Positions 1 to 10,330 of a stretch of DNA of 64,000 bases are shown piece by piece. The notes under the pieces were generated by a model. The model was not told the DNA's origin and made no database searches. It worked only from the letters and a program-made list of their open reading frames with translations. The DNA is taken from positions 17,933 through 81,932 of IMG/VR virus record IMGVR_UViG_3300022744_000022, one strand, 5' to 3'. Source of the DNA: a virus. A program made the translations under genes and the position numbers. Numbering within the stretch: the stretch's first letter is position 1; every line of letters begins with the position of its first letter.

Positions 1-1
1 A

Positions 2-3000
2 GACTACTTGGTCGTGGTGACTTCTGAGGGAACCCCGCACGCTGGGTTCCTTGTGGATGCTCAGTTTGGTTGGACCAAGAACGAAGGCACGAGCAACCTT
101 GGGCCTGTCGTCCAACGGTTTGCCTACGCGGCTCAGCAAGGGCGTTTCAAGCCTCTGCCCGGGGCTGCCATCACGGTCGTTGGTAACCTCGCGGCGGACT
201 CCAACACGAATCGGTTGAAGGTTCGGGCACCTGTTCAGGTTGCCGTGGTTCCGGATGCCCCGTACCGCCTCTCTGTGGGCTCTACGGGCTCCGGTGTGGA
301 CTGGGCCGTTACGGTCGTGGCTCTTGACGTGGACTTTGGGTCCCCGCCCCCTGGGACCGCTGAGCTGTCTCTAGAGACAGGTAACCTGAATTGGAATGCC
401 AGTGACCTGACCACGGAAGCGGGCAAGATTGTTCGGTTCCAACAGCAGCAGTTTTTCGACTTCACTGAATCCACGGGAAACGTGGGGCACGCCCCCGTCA
501 GCTTGACGGACCCGCTCATCTTGTTGAACCCCAAGCCTGGCACCGGGCAGTTTCCGTTGCTCCGCTTTGGCTTTGGTTTCTACCTCCAGACCATCGAGGT
601 TGCGACGGATGCGGGGTTGACCCCTGCTCCGGCGTCCGGTTTCGTGAAGTGGTCTTTGGCAACTGGCCGTCTGGCGTTCAACGCAGGGGATGCTGCCGTT
701 AACGCTGGGATCCCGGTTTACTACGACGGGGTGCTGTTCGCGACGGGTCTGACGTTGCCTCGTCAAGTGCTGGGGGACATCGCGACCCCGGCGGCCATCG
801 TGGGTTTGCCCCCTGTGGGCGTGGACCTGATCTTCTCGCTGCCCTCAGCCCCCACGTACTACCAGTTCCCTCGCTTCAAATACCTGCCCAGCGCTTCGTT
901 TTCGCCGTCCGGAAAGGTGGGGGAGGTCCAGGTAGACCCTTTGACGGGTGTCGTGAAGTTCTCGACCTCGGATCAGGGTACCTACGCGGGTGAGTCGGTC
1001 ACTCTGGTGTTCGGGGACTTGCCGATCGAGCGCGGTATCTCGATGCGGCTCTTACGGACCCCGGTGAACCTTGACGGCAGCCAAGCGTTCAAGGATGTGA
1101 CGGCGATCTACGAGGTAGAGGGGGCCACTTGGGCCGACCCCATCATCGGGTCCCCGCAAGTCTTCTTGCCCTCGACTCCGATTCAAGACCCTGTGTACCC
1201 GTTGACGGTCAAGGTGTTTCAGGGGCAGGGGTCGTTCACCAGCAACGACTTCCCGGACCTTTCTTTGGTTGTGGCTGGCACGAGTACGACGTTCACAGGT
1301 CCGACTCTCACGGATCCGTTGGCTAGCTTTATCACGGCTGGGGTCACTACTGGATCTCTGTTGCAAATTCACACGACTGTGGCCAAAGGGCTCTACACAG
1401 TTGTCACCGTCACCCCAACGACCTTGACAACTAACCCTCCGGCACCTTCGGCTGTCGTGGGGGCCACCTACAGCATCTACCCGGCGAGCAACCTTGGGTA
1501 TTACATCGACTTCGATGCGGGGACGTTGTTCTACGCCCAACGTAAGAACCTGACGATCGTCCCGATCACACAGCGCACATCCGATGTGCTGCTTCCCGAC
1601 CCCTTGGTACTTTCGGGTAATGCCCTACTGGAGCTTGAGACGGGGCCGGGCACAGGGCTTTACGACCCGCTTGTCTTGGGTACCGATGCCTTGTTCGATT
1701 CGACCTCGGGCGTTGTGTCTCTCACGACGAATGCGGGGCAGATTGTTGCACAGGGAACCGCAGCCTCGTTCTCGGGCACAGCCTTCACGGATCTGACGGC
1801 GGACTTCCTTACGGCGGGGGTGCAGCCAGGGTATCTGATTGAGATCGACACGACCGCTGCCAAGGGGGTTTATACGGTTCAGGCTGTGGTGTCGGCTACA
1901 GCTCTCACTACGGATGTACCGTCGCCCTCGCCTGTTTCGGGTGCCCAGTACAGTGTTCGGGTCAATCGTGAGGTGCTCGCGGATCGCTACTTTGATGAAG
2001 TGCAGTTGGTGGACCCCTCCACCAAGGTCGAGCGTATCCGAGAGTTAGGCGTGGCCTCGAACGGCCCACGTCTCAACATCCCAATCGCCTACGTGAACAG
2101 CTCGGGGTTTCGTTTTGGACCGGCTTCAGGCGGGCAGTTCGCTACGGTCGTGGTGGTGCCTAACAACGGCGCTTTCACGGCACCCCCGACGGGTACCGTG
2201 CAGGTGAGTGCAGCTTCCGGCGACTTGAACTTTGCAGCCGCCGACCTTGGGACCACCGTGTACTGGGCCAAAGCTCTGGTCCCTGACGTGGACTACATCA
2301 TGTCCCCTGGGTTGGGTTTGATCCAATTCACGGACCGCATGCTGACTCAGGAAGAAGTCCTGATCACGTACACGACGCAGCCGCCTTCTACGGATCCTCC
2401 GACGCCAGCCGGACCCCCTGTCACCGAGTACGCTCGGTTTCTGATCCGCAAGGAAGTCACGCAAGACCACCCTACCCCGACCTCTACGTTGACGTTCAAC
2501 GTCGCTAGTCCGGGTAGGCCCGTTCTTCCGGTTGCTTCCGATCCACCCCCAGCCGTCTTTCGTGGTGGGCGACCGCAGAAGCTCGGGATTCAATGCGTGG
2601 TGGATACGGTTGCCTCCACCATCACATTCCTGGCCGACTCGATCATCTCGGATGCTCTCCCCCACGGGGCGATCATCAATCCTAGCGAACGAGTCTACAT
2701 TGACTACTACGTGACGCAGGCTGTCGGCGGTGAAAAGACCACGACGGTCCTGCACCCGCCGATCCAAACGGCTACCGTCAACATTCAAGAGACGGATCAG
2801 AACGGTAACCCCAACAACAAGTTCACGATCACGGGTGGGGACTACACAGCGAGCTTTCCAACCGGGTACTTGCTGCGTATCGAGAAGGAGCAAGTCTACC
2901 TGATCGGCAGCTCGACCTATGCCAGCGGCATCACGACGGTCACGTTGGAGGGCACTCAGGTCTTCCAGGACACGTTCAACGATCCCAAGCTCTACGTGTC

Positions 3001-6000
3001 GTCAGGGCCTACCCCCATCACGAGTGCTCCGCTGGTACCCGCGTACTTCACCTCGGAGATCCAGGCGTTCGAGGCCATCGCTCGGGGCAGCAACACGCTC
3101 TTGATCGCGGGGGATCGAACCCTCTCGTACCGTACCGGCACAGTGCTTTTGTTCACGGATGGCGGGGCAACCTTCACGGACTTCCTGCAAGTCTCGGGGG
3201 CGAGCTACGATCCTGATACGGACCGTACGACGGTCATGTTGTCGGCGAACGCTTTGCGCCAGTACGTGCAGGGGACGCAACTTCTGCTCTACTCGGTTCG
3301 GCCGATCTTCGAGCCCCCAACTCTTGAAGTCCAGACCAGCCAGATCCCGGTTCTGACCCAAACCACTATTGTGTATCGCAGGGTTACGGGCCAACCGGGC
3401 GTTCTCCTGAATTCGCCCACGGACTACAAGATCGATGACACAGGGCGCGTGGTGTTCACGACGGCTCTCGCCCCGTTGGAGGAGTTCTCGATCTTCTACA
3501 CGGGGCTCAGGGTAGTCTCGCCCGGAATCAACCTGCGGGCCTCCTACACGAGCCAGATTGCCCCCAATGCTAACAACGGGCTTCTCGGCCAGGTTTTGTT
3601 GGCGGACTACTTCATCCAGTCTCCCGATACGTTTTACTACCGTGTCGAGACGATGACGAACTTCCGAGGCGAGTATGCCAAGGAACTTGAGTCCGAAGCG
3701 AGCAGCGGCTCATCGGGACCACAGACCTCGAACGCTTCTCAGCCGCAGCTCTTTGAGCAGGGTCGTAAGTCCCTGTACTTCGATGAGAAGCACTTGGCGA
3801 ACCAGGACATCATCGCCAGGTCTAGCCTGCTGTTCTACAACAACTCGGTCAACCTTCTTGAGGCCTATCTGAGGGCGCTTGATGGTCGGGTCATCGGCAA
3901 CAACGATGGGCCTCTCTTGTTCGATGGGACCACAGGTGCTGTACATCCCCCGGGCCCTGTGACAAATCAGATCGATGACGTGATCCAGGTGTCACCGGCA
4001 CCGTACTCAATCACGTTCCCGCCCTTCGCCGTGACTTCGATTGGGACGTTCCGGAAATACTACATTCCGGGGTCGTTGAGTCGGTTCTACCCGACCTCGA
4101 AGAATTTCTTCGCTGTCTCTGCCGTGACCCCTACTTCAGAGACGGGGGACGAAGTTTTCGATACCCGGGCCACGAACGTCACCCTCGTGTCCGACCTGCA
4201 TACGCGGCTAGCTTGGGGCGTTCTCACCGAGTCTACGGCTTTCTCAGGAAACTCAATCCTCAAGGTTGACTTTGCGCTAGGTACGGAACCCGGGTTTTCG
4301 GACCAGGCTGAGAAGTATGCCCGTCCGCCGTTCAAGAACGGTATGAAGTGTGTGGTCCAACGGCGGGATGGGACGTTCATCAACACGGCGGCGAGCCCCG
4401 TCACAGTCACTGCTGTGGCGGCCAATCAGTTGACGGTCTCGAATCTAGCGGGCGTTGCTGACGTTGGGACCACTGTATACCGCTCCCCCATCGATGACTC
4501 GGCGCAGACGAATGAGAACGAGCTGATCTACTATGTGCTGAGCCGCGACTACTCCTTCAACGGGGACAGCGGTCAAGGCATCTACATCGCGGAGTTTACG
4601 CCTTTGGCGAACACCCCGCTTGTGGAGGCACAGGCTCTCTCGGGCAAGATCAATCTCGTCAACACCCTAACCTCGCCCCTTCAGTTTCCAGCGCTCTACG
4701 GGGGCATTGAGGACGACGACGGGGATCTGAGCTTCCCGATCCAAACTCCGGATCCCAACAGCGAGTTGAATGGCTACCTCTATACCGAGGACAAGCTCAT
4801 TCATGCCGTGACGGGGTTCATTCGGACCGCTACGACTCCGCCTTATGTGGCGACGGGCGACTGCACTGCAAGCATCATCACGAATGTGGGTGGTCCTTGG
4901 CCTGCCCCAGCGCCACAGGTCAACGATTTGGTTCGTATTTTGACAGGGCCCAATGGACCCTCGACTTTCCGTCGCATTACTGTAGTGGGTGCGAGCACCA
5001 TTACAGTAGCAGGCACGCCCTATACGCCGGACGTGGGGTTCACATTCGAGGTGACAGTGAGTCCGGTACTAGCCGGTACTGTGGCGGGTACGAGCACAGT
5101 TACTCAGCTTGATGCGCTCACCGGGTCTTTTGCGACGGCTGCCGTAGGGCAGACGGTAATCTTTGGTACGGTCCCAGGACAGGCGGAGCGTCGGCAGATC
5201 TCTGAGATTTTGAGTGGCACATCACTCACGTTCACACCTGCGTTGACTCTGGCACCTCTGCTTGGTTCAGCTTGGAGAATCAGCGATTCGTTGGCGACCT
5301 ACGGCGGCACCTCGGGCGATCACATGACCGAGTTGAGTGCAGCGCTGGCTGGGGAGATCTTGCTCTACCCGGATGAGCAGCAGTACATCGAGGACTTCCT
5401 CGATCAAGTCTTCACGAACGTGACGACCGGAACAGGCTCCACTAGTGCAGCGGTGCTCACGGACCTACTTGCTACGTTCCTAGACGATGGGGTATCGGCG
5501 GTCAATTACGTCTACATCGAGACAGGGTTGAACGCGGGCATCTACCCCGTGCAAGCAGTGACGCAGACGCAGATCACAGTGACAGCACCCTTCCCAGTGG
5601 TGTTGGGTGGCGTCGCTTACCGGATTGTCTCCCTGTTTGGGGCCTCGGAAGCTTCGGTGCAAGCGCTCTTTACACTCCATCAGAGCATCGCGGCTTTGCT
5701 CAGTAGTGCAACGGCTTTCCAGACCTTGATCTCGACTCCTGTGTCAGTGACCCGGACCCCGACGGCGGACACCACATCGTTTGCTAGAGCGACGTTGACC
5801 ACGGATTTGGATGCTCGGGACTGGGATGTGGACGCTCGTCTTGCAGCGATCCCCACGGATATTGAGACGGTCCAGAATGTGTTGGCCAACACGGATAGGT
5901 TGTACGACACGCGGTACACGTGGGTTGACGCGAGAATCAACTTGGAAAGTGGCTTGGTTGTGCAACAGGCCACCGCCACCGCGAATCGGGTCAAAGAACA

Positions 6001-6052
6001 GGCCAACATCTACAAGCAGTTGATCAAGTTGCTGGCTGTGGAGGCCCCATGA
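2..6052 (+). CDS. Very large virion structural protein (baseplate/tail-associated), 5' truncated by window edge
   Basis: Frame is open from position 2 (track starts at TTG 8). >2000 aa, beta-rich, T/V/G/P-rich, with several repeated ~75-aa modules (e.g. TDLTADFLTAGVQPGYLIEIDTTAAKGVYTVQAV). Lies upstream of baseplate wedge genes. Confidence 0.7.
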   Translation, partial: DYLVVVTSEGTPHAGFLVDAQFGWTKNEGTSNLGPVVQRFAYAAQQGRFKPLPGAAITVVGNLAADSNTNRLKVRAPVQVAVVPDAPYRLSVGSTGSGVDWAVTVVALDVDFGSPPPGTAELSLETGNLNWNASDLTTEAGKIVRFQQQQFFDFTESTGNVGHAPVSLTDPLILLNPKPGTGQFPLLRFGFGFYLQTIEVATDAGLTPAPASGFVKWSLATGRLAFNAGDAAVNAGIPVYYDGVLFATGLTLPRQVLGDIATPAAIVGLPPVGVDLIFSLPSAPTYYQFPRFKYLPSASFSPSGKVGEVQVDPLTGVVKFSTSDQGTYAGESVTLVFGDLPIERGISMRLLRTPVNLDGSQAFKDVTAIYEVEGATWADPIIGSPQVFLPSTPIQDPVYPLTVKVFQGQGSFTSNDFPDLSLVVAGTSTTFTGPTLTDPLASFITAGVTTGSLLQIHTTVAKGLYTVVTVTPTTLTTNPPAPSAVVGATYSIYPASNLGYYIDFDAGTLFYAQRKNLTIVPITQRTSDVLLPDPLVLSGNALLELETGPGTGLYDPLVLGTDALFDSTSGVVSLTTNAGQIVAQGTAASFSGTAFTDLTADFLTAGVQPGYLIEIDTTAAKGVYTVQAVVSATALTTDVPSPSPVSGAQYSVRVNREVLADRYFDEVQLVDPSTKVERIRELGVASNGPRLNIPIAYVNSSGFRFGPASGGQFATVVVVPNNGAFTAPPTGTVQVSAASGDLNFAAADLGTTVYWAKALVPDVDYIMSPGLGLIQFTDRMLTQEEVLITYTTQPPSTDPPTPAGPPVTEYARFLIRKEVTQDHPTPTSTLTFNVASPGRPVLPVASDPPPAVFRGGRPQKLGIQCVVDTVASTITFLADSIISDALPHGAIINPSERVYIDYYVTQAVGGEKTTTVLHPPIQTATVNIQETDQNGNPNNKFTITGGDYTASFPTGYLLRIEKEQVYLIGSSTYASGITTVTLEGTQVFQDTFNDPKLYVSSGPTPITSAPLVPAYFTSEIQAFEAIARGSNTLLIAGDRTLSYRTGTVLLFTDGGATFTDFLQVSGASYDPDTDRTTVMLSANALRQYVQGTQLLLYSVRPIFEPPTLEVQTSQIPVLTQTTIVYRRVTGQPGVLLNSPTDYKIDDTGRVVFTTALAPLEEFSIFYTGLRVVSPGINLRASYTSQIAPNANNGLLGQVLLADYFIQSPDTFYYRVETMTNFRGEYAKELESEASSGSSGPQTSNASQPQLFEQGRKSLYFDEKHLANQDIIARSSLLFYNNSVNLLEAYLRALDGRVIGNNDGPLLFDGTTGAVHPPGPVTNQIDDVIQVSPAPYSITFPPFAVTSIGTFRKYYIPGSLSRFYPTSKNFFAVSAVTPTSETGDEVFDTRATNVTLVSDLHTRLAWGVLTESTAFSGNSILKVDFALGTEPGFSDQAEKYARPPFKNGMKCVVQRRDGTFINTAASPVTVTAVAANQLTVSNLAGVADVGTTVYRSPIDDSAQTNENELIYYVLSRDYSFNGDSGQGIYIAEFTPLANTPLVEAQALSGKINLVNTLTSPLQFPALYGGIEDDDGDLSFPIQTPDPNSELNGYLYTEDKLIHAVTGFIRTATTPPYVATGDCTASIITNVGGPWPAPAPQVNDLVRILTGPNGPSTFRRITVVGASTITVAGTPYTPDVGFTFEVTVSPVLAGTVAGTSTVTQLDALTGSFATAAVGQTVIFGTVPGQAERRQISEILSGTSLTFTPALTLAPLLGSAWRISDSLATYGGTSGDHMTELSAALAGEILLYPDEQQYIEDFLDQVFTNVTTGTGSTSAAVLTDLLATFLDDGVSAVNYVYIETGLNAGIYPVQAVTQTQITVTAPFPVVLGGVAYRIVSLFGASEASVQALFTLHQSIAALLSSATAFQTLISTPVSVTRTPTADTTSFARATLTTDLDARDWDVDARLAAIPTDIETVQNVLANTDRLYDTRYTWVDARINLESGLVVQQATATANRVKEQANIYKQLIKLLAVEAP

Positions 6053-6240
6053 GCGACGAAACCCCGCCCGAAGAAACCCCCAAGGACGAGACGCCTCCTA
6101 AGCCTAAGGGCGCTTGGGAAAAGCGTGAGTTCGCGATCAATGGGCGTATGAAAGAGATCTGTCGCCTGAGTGCGGCGGCCACAGAGGCTGAGATTGCAGG
6201 CCTCAAGCGCAAGCTAGCTAAATTGCAGTACGGAAGCTGA
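6049..6240 (+). CDS. Small hypothetical protein (63 aa)
   Basis: ATGA overlap with upstream stop, GGAGG upstream, C-terminal coiled-coil-like helix. Confidence 0.7.
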   Translation: MSDETPPEETPKDETPPKPKGAWEKREFAINGRMKEICRLSAAATEAEIAGLKRKLAKLQYGS

Positions 6241-6246
6241 ATCTGA

Positions 6247-8412
6247 ATGGCCACCACCGCAAATTGGGAGTCGCTTTCAATCCAGATCCCTGGGCAGGAT
6301 CTTCTGGAGAAGGCGAGGAACGTCCTAGAGACCTTGATGGTCTACCTGGAGGTTCTCAAGGCTATCCTCGAAACCGTAAAGGTCTTCCTGGTTGACTTCG
6401 GCAACCCGATCAAGGCGTTGGTCGAAGCGCTCATCCAGTTAATTATAGACCTGTTTGAGTCTCTCAAGCGCACGGGCATCTACGGTTGGTTTGACATCCC
6501 CAACCCGTTGGTCGATCCCAACTTCAATTTGCATGTCGGCGGGTACCAGGCGTTCACGACGCGCTTCAAGGCGGGGCTCTACGATTCTAGGGATCCGAAC
6601 CGTCCGCAGCCGATCTCAGGCCTCACCAACAGCGGGTTCACTATCATTGTGGCTGACGCAGAGAGCCCCATGGCTCTGCTTAAGTTCATTCAGGTCTTGC
6701 TTCGCTTCCTGGGTAAGGAGTTCTTGACGCCGCAGTACGCGGCCCCCGCCAACTTCAAAGTGCTGCCTCTGGGTTCCAGCGGGGATCCCATCTTATCTGT
6801 TGTCAAGCTGTTCCAGGACCAACCTAAGTCAGTTGTGGTCGAGTGGTCACTACCTCCGGCTAAGAACCCCGGTGATCCAGGGTTCTCGGACCTGATCCAA
6901 GCCTTCTCAACGGACTTCATCCCCCCTCGGTTCCTGATCGAGAAGAGTGAGATCAACCCGGCTGTCGGCGAAGTCAGCGCGCAAGACATGGGCGACCCGG
7001 AAGCTGCGGGTCAGGTCGTTGAGACGCTGCCCACAGAGTTCAGGGCCCGAGGGCTTGGTGACAACATTGAGCGTAAGGTCAGGTTGAACGACCAGTACGG
7101 CGACCCGTTTCTCAAGTTCCAGAAGTACATCATCATCGATACCTCGAACAACACCTCAACGTTCTTGTTGGGGCAGCTCGGCACGTTCCGCTACATTGAC
7201 AATGATGTAGAGCTGAACAAGACGTACTACTACCGAGTTCGTGCGTACAGCGGTGACTTGAAGGTTTCAGGCACGTCCCTGGCTTTCGAGACTGCCCCTA
7301 AGTTTGATTCGGTAAGCGGCAACTTTTTTATCGAGTGGCCTGGGGACGATCCTATCATGGGCAAGGCTTCCCCTGTTGCCCCCATCATGATTCCGGAGTA
7401 CCCGGACAAGTTCGATGTGATCGAGAACTTGAGGCGTCTATTCCAGACGGCGTTCTCGCTCAACTTCCACTTGCCGCTTCCGATTGATCCCGACACAGGG
7501 AAGCTGTTTGACCCTTTGCTTGATCAGTGGATCGGTGAGGGCTCTCTTACGTCGATGGCAGGGCCCCTCACGTCGTTTCAGGCGGTGCCCTTGGTGGGGG
7601 ACGCCGTATCTAGCGTCACGGATGTGACGGCTCAGTTCCAGCCTTCCCCGGTAACGGGGAAGCTTCCTGTGCCCCCGTGGTGCGAGGCAGGTGTCCAACG
7701 GAACGCCTCTAGACTCGCAACTATTGTGGCGGGTGCGATGCTTGAGGCGAACTCAGCGGTAGCGTTCAAAGCGTTGATGGAAGGGCCTTACCCTAAAGGC
7801 ACACCGAGTGTTCCTAAGTTGACCGCCACTACGATCTCGGAGCTGGTGTTCGAGATCACCAAGGTCCAGGATCCTCAGTTAGCGGGTCAAGGGGCGGTCC
7901 AGGCGGCTGGTGTGTTGTACGGGGGCGCGTTCCCCAACAAGCAGGTCCGCGAAAACGTGCTGGCGGCTGTGGAATTCTGCAAGTCGTTCACACTCGGAGG
8001 CACGCCTCCGGACTGGATCCAGGTCAGCTTCTTGCGGGACATCGTGCCCTGGTCGGGACAGTTGCTTTACGACCTGTTGGCTAAGATGCAGGCGCTTTTG
8101 GATGCCTACAAGGGTGTGATTGACGAGATCAAGGCGTTCATCGACCTGATCATCCGGAAGATCGATACGCTTGAACGCTTCTTGGAGTACCTGATCTCCA
8201 TCCTGGACTTCATCGAGAGCTTGTCTCTTGGGTTCTACATCCTCTCGGTGCCGTCCACTGGCGGGGACGTGAACGAGTGGGTGTCTATCATCGACAGTGC
8301 AGGGGGGACTAAGCCACCCAGCGGTCCGGGTGGGTACACGGCGGGTGTTGCGTTTGCTTACGTGGCTCCCGATGTGACCGCGTTTGCGGAGGCGTTTGGG
8401 CTGATCTTCTGA
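6247..8412 (+). CDS. Putative virion protein with Fn3-like segment and amphipathic helical termini
   Basis: 721-aa ORF in structural operon; YIDNDVELNKTYYYRVRAY is a typical fibronectin type III strand motif; N- and C-terminal helical blocks resemble each other. Confidence 0.6.
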   Translation: MATTANWESLSIQIPGQDLLEKARNVLETLMVYLEVLKAILETVKVFLVDFGNPIKALVEALIQLIIDLFESLKRTGIYGWFDIPNPLVDPNFNLHVGGYQAFTTRFKAGLYDSRDPNRPQPISGLTNSGFTIIVADAESPMALLKFIQVLLRFLGKEFLTPQYAAPANFKVLPLGSSGDPILSVVKLFQDQPKSVVVEWSLPPAKNPGDPGFSDLIQAFSTDFIPPRFLIEKSEINPAVGEVSAQDMGDPEAAGQVVETLPTEFRARGLGDNIERKVRLNDQYGDPFLKFQKYIIIDTSNNTSTFLLGQLGTFRYIDNDVELNKTYYYRVRAYSGDLKVSGTSLAFETAPKFDSVSGNFFIEWPGDDPIMGKASPVAPIMIPEYPDKFDVIENLRRLFQTAFSLNFHLPLPIDPDTGKLFDPLLDQWIGEGSLTSMAGPLTSFQAVPLVGDAVSSVTDVTAQFQPSPVTGKLPVPPWCEAGVQRNASRLATIVAGAMLEANSAVAFKALMEGPYPKGTPSVPKLTATTISELVFEITKVQDPQLAGQGAVQAAGVLYGGAFPNKQVRENVLAAVEFCKSFTLGGTPPDWIQVSFLRDIVPWSGQLLYDLLAKMQALLDAYKGVIDEIKAFIDLIIRKIDTLERFLEYLISILDFIESLSLGFYILSVPSTGGDVNEWVSIIDSAGGTKPPSGPGGYTAGVAFAYVAPDVTAFAEAFGLIF

Positions 8413-8418
8413 ACGCAC

Positions 8419-8430
8419 TTTTCTCTTGTG
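8419..8430 (+). promoter_or_regulatory. Candidate late-promoter motif TTTTCTCTTGTG
   Basis: Intergenic; near-identical to TTTTCTCTTATG at 23605-23616. Confidence 0.4.
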
Positions 8431-8452
8431 AAAGTGCCAGATCGGGCCAGTC

Positions 8453-9184
8453 ATGAGCTTCGACTTCCAAGGCACATTCACAGCCAGCCAGTTCGCCCGG
8501 TTCAAGACTTACGTCCAGAACCAGGTGCAGCTTATCGATGCCCGAATCGCGCATCTTAAGGCGGAGCGGGCTCGGGTGGGCGACTTGGCGTTTGCCTACG
8601 ATTCCGGGGGTGCCCCCACAGGTTTGGAGAACGATCCGCCCGACACGTACTGTGGCAGGCTTTTCGGGGCCTATGAAGCCCTGGGTGGGGATGCGGAGTT
8701 TGACCTTCAGGTCCGAAGCACGAGCCAGCCCGTGTTTCGTTTAGCCGGGGATGAAACGCAGGCGGCACAGCTCATGAGCAACGGTGAGGTGCTGAGTGTG
8801 TTGGGCCTTTCCGACGCGGAATCCTCCCTTGCAATGCAGAGTCTACGGGGGTGGGTCTCCGAGGACCTTCAACGGAGACGCAATTCACTAGAGCGCAAAA
8901 TCCGACGCGCTTTGGACTATGCGGAGCAGCTCGATGCCGAGATCTCTACCTTAGAGAGGATGAAAGGTAGTGTTGATACCAACGGATCACTGGCCTTCTT
9001 GTTGAACAGCATCGCCAATCTTACTGCGGACGGGCAGTACACTGCCATTACGCAGGACAACGCGGCCGATCCTCACGGTAAATTCGCACGTGCTCCTGTG
9101 GCCGGTTACATGCCGGGTCCCGAGGGGGCGGCGGCAACTACGTACGAGAGAACAACCAACGGCCTTGTGAAGCCAACAGAGTAA
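8453..9184 (+). CDS. Hypothetical virion protein (coiled-coil segments)
   Basis: 243-aa ORF within baseplate gene cluster. Confidence 0.65.
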   Translation: MSFDFQGTFTASQFARFKTYVQNQVQLIDARIAHLKAERARVGDLAFAYDSGGAPTGLENDPPDTYCGRLFGAYEALGGDAEFDLQVRSTSQPVFRLAGDETQAAQLMSNGEVLSVLGLSDAESSLAMQSLRGWVSEDLQRRRNSLERKIRRALDYAEQLDAEISTLERMKGSVDTNGSLAFLLNSIANLTADGQYTAITQDNAADPHGKFARAPVAGYMPGPEGAAATTYERTTNGLVKPTE

Positions 9185-9188
9185 AGTC

Positions 9189-10319
9189 TTGTCCTTCGAT
9201 CGCCAAATTGACCAGTTGTGCCCGCATGCCGTTTCCGAGGAAGCGCTCTTTGTCGCGTCCGATCGGCTAACTGTGCGCCCCTTGCGTCCAATTTCGTCGG
9301 CGGCTTCGGTACAGGTCTACCTCAACAACGCCATCCCAGTACCGTCCCAAGGGGTCTTCCTGCCCGCCAAGTCCTCTGGGACTCGCAGGGGTCCCTTCAC
9401 AGTGACAGCGGGGGTCAACGATACCCTACAGCTCACCGTGAATCAGGGGGCGGTGCAGACCGTGGTGCTGCCTGCTTCACGGAACACCCCCGCCACGAGG
9501 GTTGCTGCGACGTTGAACCAGCAGTTTCAAGGCGTGGTGTTCTCGGTGGTGAACGACCGTCTTGCTTTCACCTCAAGGGAAACGGGACCAGCCGTCAGCA
9601 TCTTCTTGAAGGGCACTAGCACAGCCGCCAGTCTCTTTGGGTTCACAGCCAATCACGAGTACCGGGGACAACAGAACGTGCCTGGGTGGACGCTTGTGAG
9701 CGATCCCACGACGCTGGAGGACCGTCCAGCCCGACTCATCGTTTTTGATGAGCCCCTTCGGAGTGGCTCAGACTTCGTGGAGATCTCGTACGTCACGCTC
9801 CGTGAGGAATGTCGGCGGTGCGGGGGTACGGGTGTCGAACACGACTGGCGTTACGACATCAACGGTAAGCTCATCGAGATCAGGGATGAGGGGCTACTCA
9901 TCCAAGAGCTTCAGAAGGACTTCTACACAATCCGGGGCACCAACCCATTCCACACTTGGTATGGCACGGGACTCATTGAGGCCATCGGTAAGAAGCTGGT
10001 TGCGGGTGGTTTCGCTCAAAACCTTATCGTGGCGGATATCTACCAAGCGTTCAATCGTTGGCAATCCGTCAAGCGGCAGCAAGAGGATGACGTGGGGCAG
10101 GTCGTGACGGACCGCGAGTACCCTTTCCGGTTGCTCTCGGTGAACTTGCAGCAAAGCTCCCAGGATCCCACCGTTATTTTCGTGACAGTGACCGTACAAA
10201 ACAGGTCGAACGATCCTATTCAGCTCACTCGTGGGCTCAAACTTCCGCAGTCGCTAGAGCTGGTTAGCTCAACGGGTACGATCAGGCAGTCTCTTAGCAG
10301 CTCGGTTCTCTCGGGTTGA
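9189..10319 (+). CDS. Baseplate wedge/sheath-initiator protein, gp25/GpW-like C-terminal domain
   Basis: LIQELQKDFYTIRGTNPFHTWYGTGLIEAIG matches the gp25-family pattern; preceded by CRRCGGTG; immediately upstream of the baseplate J-like gene. Confidence 0.7.
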   Translation: MSFDRQIDQLCPHAVSEEALFVASDRLTVRPLRPISSAASVQVYLNNAIPVPSQGVFLPAKSSGTRRGPFTVTAGVNDTLQLTVNQGAVQTVVLPASRNTPATRVAATLNQQFQGVVFSVVNDRLAFTSRETGPAVSIFLKGTSTAASLFGFTANHEYRGQQNVPGWTLVSDPTTLEDRPARLIVFDEPLRSGSDFVEISYVTLREECRRCGGTGVEHDWRYDINGKLIEIRDEGLLIQELQKDFYTIRGTNPFHTWYGTGLIEAIGKKLVAGGFAQNLIVADIYQAFNRWQSVKRQQEDDVGQVVTDREYPFRLLSVNLQQSSQDPTVIFVTVTVQNRSNDPIQLTRGLKLPQSLELVSSTGTIRQSLSSSVLSG

Positions 10320-10330
10320 GGTCCTTCTGA

